A stretch of DNA of 64,000 nucleotides. Origin: the human T2T-CHM13v2.0 reference genome, Homo sapiens. The stretch is taken from the NCBI RefSeq assembly GCF_009914755.1, contig NC_060939.1. One strand, given 5' to 3'. The notes under the pieces were generated by a model. The model saw only the letters and a list, made by a program, of their open reading frames with translations, was not told the DNA's origin and did not search any database. The position numbers and the translations under genes are program-made. Of this stretch, positions 1 to 10,739 are shown piece by piece (position 1 is the stretch's first letter; each line of letters starts with the position of its first letter).

Positions 1-261
1 ATTTTATAAAAAGAAAATAAATAAGACATAATATCTCACAAATATTAGTAGGACAATTAAATAGATCATCTGAAATCAGGTGTAGTGGAAAGTCAAGGAT
101 GGCAGTTGCCATGCTGCACTGAGCCCCCCTTATACTTAGCTCTTGCTGAGTTAAGAGGGAACCATGAGTGTGAGAAAGACTAACAAGTGAGTGAAAAAAC
201 TAGACAGTAATACCAGGAGGAAGGCCAAGAAATGTATCACTAATTTCTTGTTTGATTTCAG

Positions 262-436
262 AGCTGGAAACAACTTCTGGTGGATTCCTGTAGTGGGCCC
301 TTTGGTTGGTGCTGTCATTGGAGGCCTCATCTATGTTCTTGTCATTGAAATCCACCATCCAGAGCCTGACTCAGTCTTTAAGGCAGAACAATCTGAGGAC
401 AAACCAGAGAAATATGAACTCAGTGTCATCATGTAG
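262..436 (+). CDS. AQP9: Aquaporin-9, last coding exon (C-terminal TM6 and tail)
   Basis: Translates to (R)AGNNFWWIPVVGPLVGAVIGGLIYVLVIEIHHPEPDSVFKAEQSEDKPEKYELSVIM*, the recognisable AQP9 C-terminus. Preceded by a pyrimidine tract and AG acceptor (tttcttgtttgatttcAG, AG at 260-261). TAG at 434-436. The ORF-track extension 191-261 is intronic. Confidence 0.97.
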
Positions 437-2212
437 TGGCATGCTCAGCTCTGGATTTGCAGTCAGTTTGGGATTCTCTTCAGAAAGATGGCATCTAAGT
501 GTCTGTGTTCTTGTAAGCCTGAGGTGGAATCCACCCAGTTTTGTCTGCTAGCCATATGGGACATCTAATTGGAAAAGCATCTGCATAAAAGTTTGGAAAC
601 AATGACCACTTCTCTACCATTGTCCCCCACCCCCACCCCCCAGAATAACGCTGACTGTCCCCTGAAACAGCCTTCTCTCCTGCCCTGTTTATTTCATCCT
701 CGATGGGAATTCTTGCTAGGTAAGCACTAATAACTCGGCATCTTGACGATAGTCCCATTTGGGTGGTTTCAGCTGCACTATCTGTATGAAATGGTGTCAC
801 CAAAACCCTTTTCTTCAGTATCGACAAAGATTACATTCTGAGTACCAACCAAACCCTAAATTGAAAGACAAAACTATGGTTTCAGTCAACATATTCATGA
901 ATTAGGGAGCTAATGGGTTAAGCTTCCAGTTCCCGCTATGCTACTGGATTTGTATAAATACTGATATTCTCCAAACCTAGTGGTGTAGGGAGCAAGAGAA
1001 TGCAGCTGGAAGGCACAAGGGGAGGACATTGTGGCATTCAGAAACTGCAGGAGACAAGATGAATTTGAGAAGCCAAATGGAATTTTTAATGGAAACCATT
1101 TATCAGATTAATCTCTTGCTCTCCTGCATTTTAGAGGACACCAATTAATTTCCTGGTCTTTAGTATATAATAACCTAAAATACCATTGTAACCTCAGTCA
1201 TGAAAAATACATCACTCTGTCTTTTTAGCTCAAATGTATTTTCCTAATTGCCCACTTGAGAACAGACATTTGACAAGTTATATCAACGACTGTGCTTGTC
1301 CATTATTTTACACATGCCCTAGAAGCCAAAACTGAAAGCCACTGGATCCTGGTCTAGCTGAATCTTCAGAGTGGGAGGTCTCCAAAAAGATATTACCTTA
1401 TTGGGCTTAACAATTCACAAGGCACTTTCACACCCATTATCTAATTTAATCCTCATAATGACTATGTGAGGCAAATGCCACATTGCCCATTTTTCAGATA
1501 AAGAAACAAAATCTTAGGGAAGATAAGTTGAGTTGTCCAAGAGCACACTGAAAGTTGAATGTTATCTAATGCATTCCTCTACCTTTCAGAAGATCAGTAG
1601 CTGGCTGAGAATCTTTGCCAAATCTTCCTTGCTAGCCAGAAGTGGAATTGGCAGCTTCTAGAATATGTACACCTCTGGACAAAATGTTCCTCAATCTTAA
1701 GATACAAAGACCCTCATTGTCTGGGTCTATTCCCACACTTACTGAGTACAGATGAAGGAAAGTGGTAGCAATTTAATCATAACTTTCATTTGCTGAAAAA
1801 CATTATGAGAAGGCCTCCCTTCCTAAGCCACCTCTGGTCTTGCTAAGTCTTGATCTTGCTTCCTGCCAGCACCAAACATTACATTCAGGGGATTTCCTCT
1901 GGCTCAGTCTTTTCCCCTTGAAGTTCTCTAATAGATGTTACTTTTGACAAAAGATCGCCTATGAGTTACAAGCACCAGGGGATGCTCTACATCAAGGGAT
2001 GCACCTTCAGTCAAACTGTCAAAAAGCCCAGAATTCCCAAAGGCATTAGGTTTCCCAACTGCTTTGTGCTGATATCAGAACAGCAGAAATTAAATGTGAA
2101 ATGTTTCTGATGACTTATGTTCTACAATCTATGGACATACGGGATTTTTTTTTCTTGCTTTGAAGCTACCTGGATATTTCCTATTTGAAATAAAATTGTT
2201 CGGTCATTGTTG
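437..2212 (+). other. AQP9: AQP9 3' UTR (end approximate)
   Basis: Runs from the stop codon to AATAAA at 2189-2194, which has a strong GT/T-rich downstream element. Confidence 0.8.
1420..1560 (-). mobile_element. MIR SINE relic inside the AQP9 3' UTR
   Basis: attatctaatttaatcctcataat...cccatttttcagataaagaaac...gttgtccaag matches the reverse complement of the MIR core. Confidence 0.7.
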
Positions 2213-2230
2213 GTTGCTTGGTTGGTTTTT
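2189..2230 (+). terminator. AQP9: Polyadenylation signal and GU-rich downstream element
   Basis: AATAAA at 2189-2194, then ttgttggttgcttgggttggttttt at about 2207-2230. Confidence 0.85.
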
Positions 2231-2262
2231 ATAAGTATTAAGATTACTAAGTACGTCTAGTT

Positions 2263-2390
2263 CAGAGGTTGTCTATTGTGTCTACAAATTTGAATTTCCT
2301 GGGGGAACTTTTGAAAAAATACTGGTGCCCAGTTGGTCCTTTGTAAACATCTCAGGTGATTCTAAAATGCAGCAAGGGTTGAGAACATTG
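2263..2390. mobile_element. MER5-like hAT-Charlie MITE relic
   Basis: caggtgattctaaaatgcagcaagggttgagaac terminus is typical of MER5. Confidence 0.55.
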
Positions 2391-2493
2391 ACTTGGGTAA
2401 ATCACACGGGTCTAAAGTTTCTTTGACCATGTCCAGTAGTGGCCAGGTAATTCCTAGCAGGATTCCAGAGTCTTGGGATCCTCATGGATTAGA

Positions 2494-2704
2494 GCAATGG
2501 TTTTCCTCCCTCCCTACTTCTAAAGGGAACATGTGGCAATATTTGGAGACTTTTATGGTTATCACAACTGGGAAGGGGATGCTAATGGCCTCTAGTGGCT
2601 AGAGGCCAGGGATGCTGCCAAATATCCTACAATGCAAAGGCAACCCTCCCAACAGGTAATTATTTGGCCCAAAATGTCAATAATGCTGAGGTTCGGAGAT
2701 CTTG
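2494..2704 (+). mobile_element. MER20 DNA transposon
   Basis: ggcaatatttggagac...tctagtggctagaggccagggatgctgccaaatatcctacaatgca...ggcccaaaatgtcaataatgctgaggtt follows the MER20 consensus. Confidence 0.85.
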
Positions 2705-3437
2705 GTGTCGAGGAAAGGTAGGGAGGGGAGTAAGAGAAGACACTGAAATCCTGCACCTTGATTCAAGTTCAGTCAGGAGCAAAGGTGCCAGACAAACCAG
2801 GAACAAACCCTGGGGGTGGACTATAATTCTTAAAGCAAGAGGCAATTCAAAATTTGAGTTTTGAGGATGAACTGTGGAATCTATGATCTACACAGGTGCT
2901 CATTAAACACAATTTGATGATTGATGACTAGGATTTATAAACAGGAAATGTACCATTATGGAAATCAACCCCAGGAAGAATTTTTTCAATGGAAAAAAGT
3001 GCTTTTGTTCCAGGTGCTCACACTCAAATTCTCTCCCCACCCCTACCCCCATTTACAAATAAGTGGATTTACCTTTGTGGAGTTATTTTCCAAGAGAATG
3101 TTTATATGGTTGAATTATCTGTATCCGAAGTCAACTAGATAGAGCCAACTTATCCATTTTTTAAATAGTTGCTTTAAGAGTTAGAATTGTAACATTCCTC
3201 CTTCCCTCCCCCTCATGAATCGAAAAACTTGATAGAAGCATTTATCTTAATGCCAAAAATATAATTTCTCTGATTCTTTAACCAGTTGAGATCTCAGAGC
3301 ATGTCAAAGGTTGCAGGGCTTTTCTAACCAGTAACAACCAGTCAATATTCAGCTGTTAAACAGGATACTCCACATAAAAATGTCATACGTAAAATGTTAT
3401 CCTTAGGATATAAATTATTATTTCCTTTAAATTGCTT

Positions 3438-3467
3438 ACACACACACAAACACACACACACACACAT
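3438..3467. repeat. (CA)n microsatellite, interrupted
   Basis: Direct reading. Confidence 0.9.
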
Positions 3468-3722
3468 CTTACTGTAAGGTATATTGATGTTCAATAATAT
3501 CGTCATGGGAAAAAAATACATCTTCCAGTTAGAGAGAATGGTTTATAAGTTTTATTTAGCCACAGAACCTGTCGTTCAAATAAAACCTTATATGACACCC
3601 ACAAGTGAACCAGAATTGCTATAAATAAAAAAAGGGAGGGGGATCAGGAGCTTCATTCTGCTTGTGATATCATCTTAAAAACACACCCCCAATGCAGCCC
3701 CTAAGGGGTCTCTGAAGAGAAA

Positions 3723-3725
<3 letters not shown>

Positions 3726-3756
<31 letters not shown>
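3726..3756. repeat. (TG)n microsatellite
   Basis: Direct reading. Confidence 0.95.
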
Positions 3757-3757
<1 letters not shown>

Positions 3758-4517
3758 AGGGCTGGGGGTGGGGTTTCAGAACACAGTGTCACAGTTTGAA
3801 AATCATTGATAAAGACTTGGGATAAGTTGTTGGTGCACACTTTTATGAAAGTTTCAAGGATATAACCTACAAAAGACCATATTAACTTAATCTCAGGTCT
3901 TTTCCAAAGACTTTTTAATAAATGAATTAGACAGGGTGAACAGAATTACTCAATCCAGCAAACATCACCCACAAAGAGATGTGGTACATCAGTCCTCAAA
4001 CTGGGAATTTAAGTTCTCTGTGACAACATGTTTACTAATCACAGCCCATACACAGAAGCAATGGTACTCCTGGTCACACTTACTGTGTTGACTGTCTAAG
4101 TCTGTATAAAAATAAATAGATAGATGATAGACAGACAGATAGGTAAGCAACCAACCATGCTCCAATCTCTTTCTTATTGCTGGAAATGGAGTAGCTCTTA
4201 TTCAAGAGATGCTGTCTCTGGATTAGTGAAAAGAGGGCACCAGGCAAACTGAACATGAATCCACAGAACTCTGTGTGGATGGAGATGCTGCCCAAGCCAG
4301 TTGGACTCTGTCTCTCTCCAGGGCTACCTTATGTTTCTAGTAGCTTTCGACACTTTTGCCTTTGTGGACCTCTCGCCACCCCTGAAAGTATCAATTAAAA
4401 TAAATCGTTTTGTAATTGTTCTGGTGACAAGCTCGATTATATTCTTTTTTTCTGGATGTGATTTCAGGAGATATTTAAGCCTTCCCATGGTCTCTTAGTA
4501 GCATGGGTTCCAGACAT

Positions 4518-4860
4518 AGCGCCCAGTAAGGAAGTCCTACTATCTGCCACTGCCTCCCTACTCTAGCGCGCCCCCCCTGTGTTCCAGAGCCCCTCACACG
4601 CAGCCCCTTCCTCCACGGGGCCCTCAACTCCCTCACTGTGGGGTCTTAGGAAACACTGCGGGAGCCCTGGGAGTCCTGAAGGTTGTGAGGGACGCTCCAG
4701 AGCCCAGACCACTGTTCATGGGGATCGGCCACGTCGTGGCACTCCGCCCTCCACCTCAGGCTCCCAGCAGGAGAGTGGCTTCCTGACTTCCTTCCTGCAG
4801 AGGAAGCAGGGCGGTCCAGGGCCCGAGTACCCCCGATGCAAAGGTCCTGCGTAACGTGTT
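4518..4860. promoter_or_regulatory. Small GC/CpG-rich patch, candidate enhancer
   Basis: Cluster of CpGs in an AT-rich background, GC boxes (4744-4749, 4809-4814), GAGGAAG ETS core (4800-4806), CTGCGTAAC C/EBP-like site (4847-4855). Confidence 0.4.
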
Positions 4861-4899
4861 ATTAAAGAACAATTCTTGTGCTTTAATTCTTAGTGTCTC

Positions 4900-5070
4900 A
4901 CAGTTCACAAAGCACGTTCATATCCAGGACCTCTAAGACTCTCAGAACAGCTCAGCAAGTAGATTATTATCTCCACTTAGAGATAGGGAAACTGAGAGTC
5001 GAGGCCTTAAACAATTTGTACCAAGTTCCGGAGTGAAGAGTGAAAGAGGTGGGATGCGAACCGCGTGTCT
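4900..5070 (-). mobile_element. MIR SINE
   Basis: attattatctccacttagagatagggaaactgag...gggatgcgaacc MIR core in reverse orientation. Confidence 0.65.
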
Positions 5071-5074
5071 GAGT

Positions 5075-5164
5075 GGGGTGACCAACCATCCCAGGTTGCT
5101 TGGAACTCAAGCGTTTCCTGGGATGCAGGATTCAGTGCCAATACCGGGACCATTCGGTCACCCT
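5075..5164. mobile_element. MER94/MER81-like hAT-Blackjack MITE
   Basis: Terminal inverted repeats gggtgacc...ggtcaccc with internal gtttcctgggatgcagga...cagtgc. Confidence 0.7.
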
Positions 5165-5389
5165 CCGTCCTGAGCCAAGACTCCTGCACTTCCCACCACC
5201 GAGCCTCCTTGCAGACAAATGGTCTCCTTTGGGCTCATTGTCTTGCAGCAGATAAAATGTTCTTTGATTAATTTAACAGAAACAGAGAATGTCTTCATTT
5301 TTAATTTCAATTATAAATGTGAATAAATATTTTAAGAGTGGCACAGTGGTTTAGAGAATAGGCTATTAATGAAAATTCTGTCAGTTCTA

Positions 5390-6020
5390 CCTTCCATATA
5401 TATTCCAAATCTGACCTCTTCTCACACACAGCCCTAGTCTAAGCCACGGCCTCTGTCTCTTAGGTCTTAGAAAAGCCTCCTAATAGGTCTCCCTACCTTT
5501 CTGTTTAAACTCCTGCTGCCTGTAATCAACACAGCAGCCTGCATGATCTTTAGATAAAAGCCCAACTGTACTTAGAAGTGTCACATGCTCTGACCTTCCT
5601 GGCCTGGTCTTTACTGCCCTCCCCTTTGTCTGTCGCCTCAGCTGCAGCGATACAGGCTTCCATCCTGATCCTTGAACCCACCAAGCAAGCCCCAGCCACA
5701 GGGCCTTTGCACCTGATGTCTTTCTTACTTGAAATTCCCTACCCCACCTCCTTCGGGTGCCTATTCGATGTCACTGTTAGTAAGGTCTTTCTGATCACCC
5801 ATCACCCTCTACCCACTTTCCTGATTTATTTTTCTCCCCAGCACTTACCACGCTCCCTAAAATACACACATTTTGTATTAAACTTGTTGGATTTTGTCTG
5901 TTTCCTCCTGGTGGAATAGAAGGTCCATGCTGGCAAGACGTTTTGCTCTTTAATTCTCCACCTCTGCCCCAGGGCCTAGAACATGGTAGTTGCTCTATGA
6001 AAATTAGTTGAATTAATGCA
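5390..6020 (+). mobile_element. L2 LINE fragments
   Basis: ccaagcaagccccagccacagggcctttgcacctg and cccagggcctagaaca...gttgaatta are L2 3' motifs. Confidence 0.65.
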
Positions 6021-6034
6021 GTACAGAGTCATCC

Positions 6035-6200
6035 TCTCTGGATTCGAATCCTAGTTCCTCTACTTGTTAGTACAGTAGCCAAGTTAGTTAGCCTCAGTTT
6101 TCTCATGGATGAAGTAGAAATAATAACAGTGAGATAATCAAGGTAAAGTTCTTAGAAAAGTCCCAACCTTATAGTATATATTATATAAACATGAACTGTT
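6035..6200 (+). mobile_element. MIR SINE
   Basis: ggattcgaatcctagttcctctacttgttag...gcctcagttttctcat. Confidence 0.65.
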
Positions 6201-6773
6201 GCTGCCACAGCATCTGCTGTTGTTATTATTACTGATGTCATTATAATATGTGGGAGTGTGAAAACATGGAATAATGTCATTAAAATTTGGTGACAAGCTC
6301 TTCCCTTGCTTTTTATAATTCAATCCTTCTCAGTTGCACATTTCTTTCAGGAACTATCTTTCAAGTACCTAAGGTTTCAGTTTTATTTTTCAATCTTTAA
6401 AACAAGTCAGTAGGATTATCTTATTTTATTATGAAAGATTTAAAAAATACACAATAGACAGAAAATGGTATAATGATACCCCATGTACCCTTCACTCAGC
6501 TTCAACAGTTGCCAAAATATTGCCAATAATGTTTTACTTATTCACCCTCTCTGCTTTTCACTTCTCCCCCTGGGATTTTTTTGAAGCAAATCCTAGACAT
6601 GATACCATTTTACCCGTGAATATTTAAGATGTATTTCTAAAAGATAAGAATTCTTTTTAAAAACATAACCACAATACCATTATCACACATAAACTAAGTA
6701 TCAATAATTTCTCAACTTCTTAATATCATCAAATACGCAGTCATTGTGGACATTTCCAGTGAGACTGCCCTTT

Positions 6774-6891
6774 GTTGTTGCTGCTGTTTGGTGGAGAGTA
6801 TCTCGCTATGTTGCCCAGTCTGGATTCGAAATCCTGGGTTCAAGGAGTCTCCTGAGTAGCTGGTACTAAGGTACACACCACCACACCTAGC
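6774..6891 (-). mobile_element. Fossil Alu monomer (FLAM-like)
   Basis: tctcgctatgttgcccagtctgg...cctgagtagctgg...caccaccacacctagc; flanked by TSD tgagactgcc at 6760 and 6892. Confidence 0.7.
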
Positions 6892-7924
6892 TGAGACTGC
6901 CTTTTAACTCTGGCATGTAACAATGTAGGTTCTGTAAAGGTTGAAAACCAGTGAGTCACTCTGACGTCTAATGGCTCAGGCAAAATCAGGGTTTTGCAGC
7001 AACAGTTTGGGACTCAAGGGTTTCCTGGGATGCAGCATTCCATGCCAATACCAGGACCAGTTGGTCACCCTCCATCCTGAGCCAAGATTCCTGCACTTCC
7101 CACCACCAACCCTCCTTGCAGACGGATGCTCTCCTTTGGGCTCATTGTCTTGCACCCTCAGATTTGTACCTTCCTGTCCAATTCTATAAGATTTTTGCAA
7201 AACATTTTCATTTTGATGCAAAAAGGAAAATGCATTTGTCTGCTACTACTAAAAAGTAGCCATCTACCAGGAGTAAAGTTATGTTTAAGCAAGGAGGAAG
7301 TCCTGCATTTATTTGAAATTATGGAAAATATAATTAACAATTATTGTTACACTAAGAAATCCACACTATACAAAATGCTTATACTTCAAATGGTAAAATA
7401 TATTGTGAAAAGAGCTCCAAATATTTAACATCTGTGCAGCCCTGTGAGTGACACTGTGAGTGATTAAGGCAAGCGAACACCTAGAAAATCCTACTATAAC
7501 CTATGGTAGTAGTACTTATTTGATATTTATATATTTATTCTTACCCAAAGACTTCAGACCTTTGGAAATGGAAACGTATACAACAGTGGCACAATACTTC
7601 TAGGTTCCAACATTTTCATGAAGGAAATCACCTTTATCTAGAGAGGATTTTGATGGCCCTTGGCTGGCTGATCTGTGGTGATATTCTGATAATAAGATTT
7701 TGATCTAACGGAGGATACAGTTCTAGTCAAAAATCACCTATAGATCATGAAGAAGCGAGGACCATGCATTGCCCATCCCAGAGCCTGTTCTCAGCCTAGA
7801 ACCATAAAAAGACCAAATAAAAAAACCAGCAGAGAATTGATGTTTCGTTGCTGATGTGATTATCTTTGGAATAAGACCATGGGGGCATTCAACTGCTAAC
7901 ACATTGGAGACTGTGTAGCTAGTG

Positions 7925-8120
7925 TTCAAAATGTCAGGCTCTAGAGACTGTCAGATTGGATTCCAGTCCACCATTGAATAGCTGTGTGACCCTAAACCTC
8001 AGCTTCCTCATGCATTAAATGGGAATAATACTAGTACTTGTGTCCTATAAGTTATTGAAAATATTAAGAAAATGCCTGTGAAACCTGTAGCACAATGCCT
8101 GGAATTTACTTCCCTCTTAA
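7925..8120 (+). mobile_element. MIR SINE
   Basis: gctgtgtgacc...cctcagcttcctcat...aaatgggaataatactagtac...gcacaatgcctgg. Confidence 0.7.
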
Positions 8121-8419
8121 TACTTCTTAGCTAATTCTGCTATTATTATTTCACATTTACAAATTCAGCTGTATATTTGTGTGAGAATGTGAAGCCCAAG
8201 AAAATTTTCCAGGAATATGAATTTGCTAACACCTAAATAATCTAATTAATATGGCTGGCTTAGCCTTGAGAGTTTTCTTAATATACTCAGGTGCAAAGAA
8301 CCTACATAAGGCTGTGCTTAGCTTATGAATTACAGAGTTTAGTTTTGATAAATTAATTAAACAAATTATTTAGTTGCCTAATGGAGCTGCCAAATTAATC
8401 TGAAAAATCTATCAAAAAT

Positions 8420-9660
8420 AAATGATGATTTACAGAGTTAATGAAAGTCCCAATAAAAATCAGCAGGCTATTTTTTGGAGAAATTAACAAGCTGACTCTA
8501 AAATTTGTATGGAAATACAAAGTAACTAGAAAAAAAAAAAACAAACTAGGAAAAGAGGGAAAACATAGGAAAAGTTAGGCTATTTCAAGACTTTCTATAA
8601 AGCCATGCTAATCAGGACAGTATACTATTAGTATAGGAAGGAATAAATAGATTAATGAAACATAATAGAGCATCCATAATTTGACCCATGCTTATACAGT
8701 AAATTGATTTTGAATAAAAGTAGCTAATGCAGTCCTGCGGTGAAAGGAAAGTGTTTTCAACAAATGGTACTGAACAACTAGAATAAAAGGTAAATCTTGA
8801 CTTCTACTTCACAAAAACATAACAGAAAATTTAACTGAATAGGGATCTAGACTTAAAAATAAAACTTAAAACTATAAAGCTTCTTGAGAGAAATATGGGA
8901 GAATATTTGCAACCTTGGGATGGGCAAAGGTTTCTTGTATAAGAATACAAAACTATAAAAAATAGATCAAATGTATGTCAATAAAACTTAAAACTTCTAC
9001 CCACTAAAAGAGATCATTAAGGAAATGAACAGGCAAGTCACAGACTGGAAAAAAATGTGTGTAATAGCTGTATCTAACAAAGGTAATGCACTCAAAATAT
9101 ATGAACTCACCCAACTCAATAAAAAAGACAAACCAATTTTTAAAATAGACTATGGATGTAAACAAACAGGCACTTCATTAAAGAATACATATGAATGACC
9201 AATAAGCACATTAAGGAAGTTCAAATTAAAATCACAATGATACACCATGTTGCAGGCATTAGAATAGTTATCTTTAAAATATACTGGAGACACCAAACAG
9301 CAGAATGTGGGGCAATTGAAGCCCTCATATATTGCTAGTAAAAGTGTAAAATGGTACAACTATTTCATAAAAATATTTATTATAAAGGTAAACTTACACC
9401 TACTCCATGATCTTCAATTCTACTCCCAAGTACTTAACCATAAAAAGACCAAATTTAAAAAACCAACAACAAAAACTGTTATGCAAGAATGTTTATAGCA
9501 TCTGCATTCATAATAGTTCCAATCTGGAAAATGGAAACTGCTTTTGAAATTTCCAGATTTCGAATATTTGGAATCCAAATGTGCAGCAACATGAAAATGA
9601 ATAAACAATTTGTGGTATATTCTTACAATAAAAATATTTCTCGAAATAAAAAAGAAAATG
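8420..9660 (+). mobile_element. Ancient L1M ORF2/3' fragment, left of the L1PA insertion
   Basis: Degenerate L1 ORF2 motifs (aacaagctgactctaaaatttgtatggaaa; ttcaacaaatggtactg); resumes after 15867. Confidence 0.75.
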
Positions 9661-10111
9661 TGGAGGTTCTAAGATGGCCGAACAGGAAGAGCTCCAGTCT
9701 ACAGCTCCCAGAGTGAGTGACGCAGAAGACGGGTGATTTCCGCATTTCCAACCGAGGTACCGGGTTGACCTCACTGGGGCTTGCTGGACAGTGGGTGCAG
9801 GACAGTGGTTGCAGCCCAGGTACCATGAGCCGAAGCAGGGCGAGGCATGGCCTCACCCAGGAAGTGCAAGGGGTCAGGGAATTCCCTTCCCTAGCCAAGG
9901 GAAGCTGTGACACACAGCACGTGGAAAATCGGGTCACTCCCACCCTAATACTGCACTTTTCCAACAGTCTTAGCAAATGGCTCACCAGGAAATTATATCC
10001 CACAACTGGCTCAGAGGATCCCACACCCACGGAGCTTTGCTCACTTCTAGCACAGGAGTCTAAGATGGAACTGCAAGGCTGCAGGGAGGCTGGGGGAGGG
10101 GCATCCGCCAT
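9623..10111 (-). CDS. L1 ORF0 homologue, C-terminally extended (162 aa); expression unknown
   Basis: MADAPPPASLQPCSSILDSCARSEQSSVGVGSSEPVVGYNFLV...IRVGVTRFS is homologous to L1 ORF0 (MAGAPPPASLPPC...). ATG in gcaATGg context; no stop until 9623-9625. Confidence 0.5.
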   Translation of the reverse strand: MADAPPPASLQPCSSILDSCARSEQSSVGVGSSEPVVGYNFLVSHLLRLLEKCSIRVGVTRFSTCCVSQLPLAREGNSLTPCTSWVRPCLALLRLMVPGLQPLSCTHCPASPSEVNPVPRLEMRKSPVFCVTHSGSCRLELFLFGHLRTSTFSFLFREIFLL

Positions 10112-10146
10112 TGCCGAGGCTTGAGTAGGTAAACAAAGCAGCCCCA

Positions 10147-10211
10147 AAGCTCGAACTGGAAGCTCGAACTGGAAGCTCGAACTGGAAGCTCGAACTGGAA
10201 GCTCGAACTGG
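10147..10211. repeat. 13-bp minisatellite (AAGCTCGAACTGG)x5 in the L1 5' UTR
   Basis: Five perfect copies starting at 10147, 10160, 10173, 10186 and 10199. Confidence 0.97.
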
Positions 10212-10739
10212 GTGGAGCGCACCGCAGCTCAAGGATGGCTGCCTGCCTCTGTAGACTCCACCTCTGGGGGCAGGGCATACCTGAACAAAAGGCAGCAGAA
10301 ACTTCTGTAGACTTAAACTTCCCTGTCTGACAGCTTTGAAGAGAGTAGTGGTTCTGCCAGCACAGAGTTTGAGATCTGAGGATGGACAGACTGCCTCCTC
10401 AAGTGGGTCCCTGACCCCTGAGTAGCCTAACCGGGAGGGACCTCCCAGCAGGGGCCGACTGACACGTCATACGGCCAGGTGCCCCCTCTGAGACGAAGCT
10501 TCCAGAAGAAGGATCAGGCAGCAACATTTGCCATTCTGCAATATTTGCAGTTCTGCAGCCTCTGCTGGTGATACCCAGGCAAACAGGGTCTGGAGTGGAC
10601 CTCCAGCAAACTCCAACAGACCTGCAGCTGAGGGTCCTGACTGTTAGAAGGAAAACTAACAAATAGAAAGGACATCCACACCAAAACCCCATCTGTATGT
10701 CACCATCATCAAAGACCAAAGGTAGACAAAACCACAAAG

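Noticed and set aside
191-261. N-terminal extension of the AQP9 ORF (MKKLDS...FDFR)
   Set aside because: Non-ATG start in the intron; the exon begins after the AG at 260-261.
422-436. C-terminal SVIM resembling the CaaX motif CVIM
   Set aside because: No cysteine, so not prenylatable; it is the normal AQP9 terminus.
4565-4584. Possible CTCF motif (gcgcgccccccctgtg)
   Set aside because: Only the G-rich half of the motif matches; the 5' half does not.
10147-10211. CRISPR-like array
   Set aside because: Head-to-tail 13-mers with no spacers, inside a primate L1.
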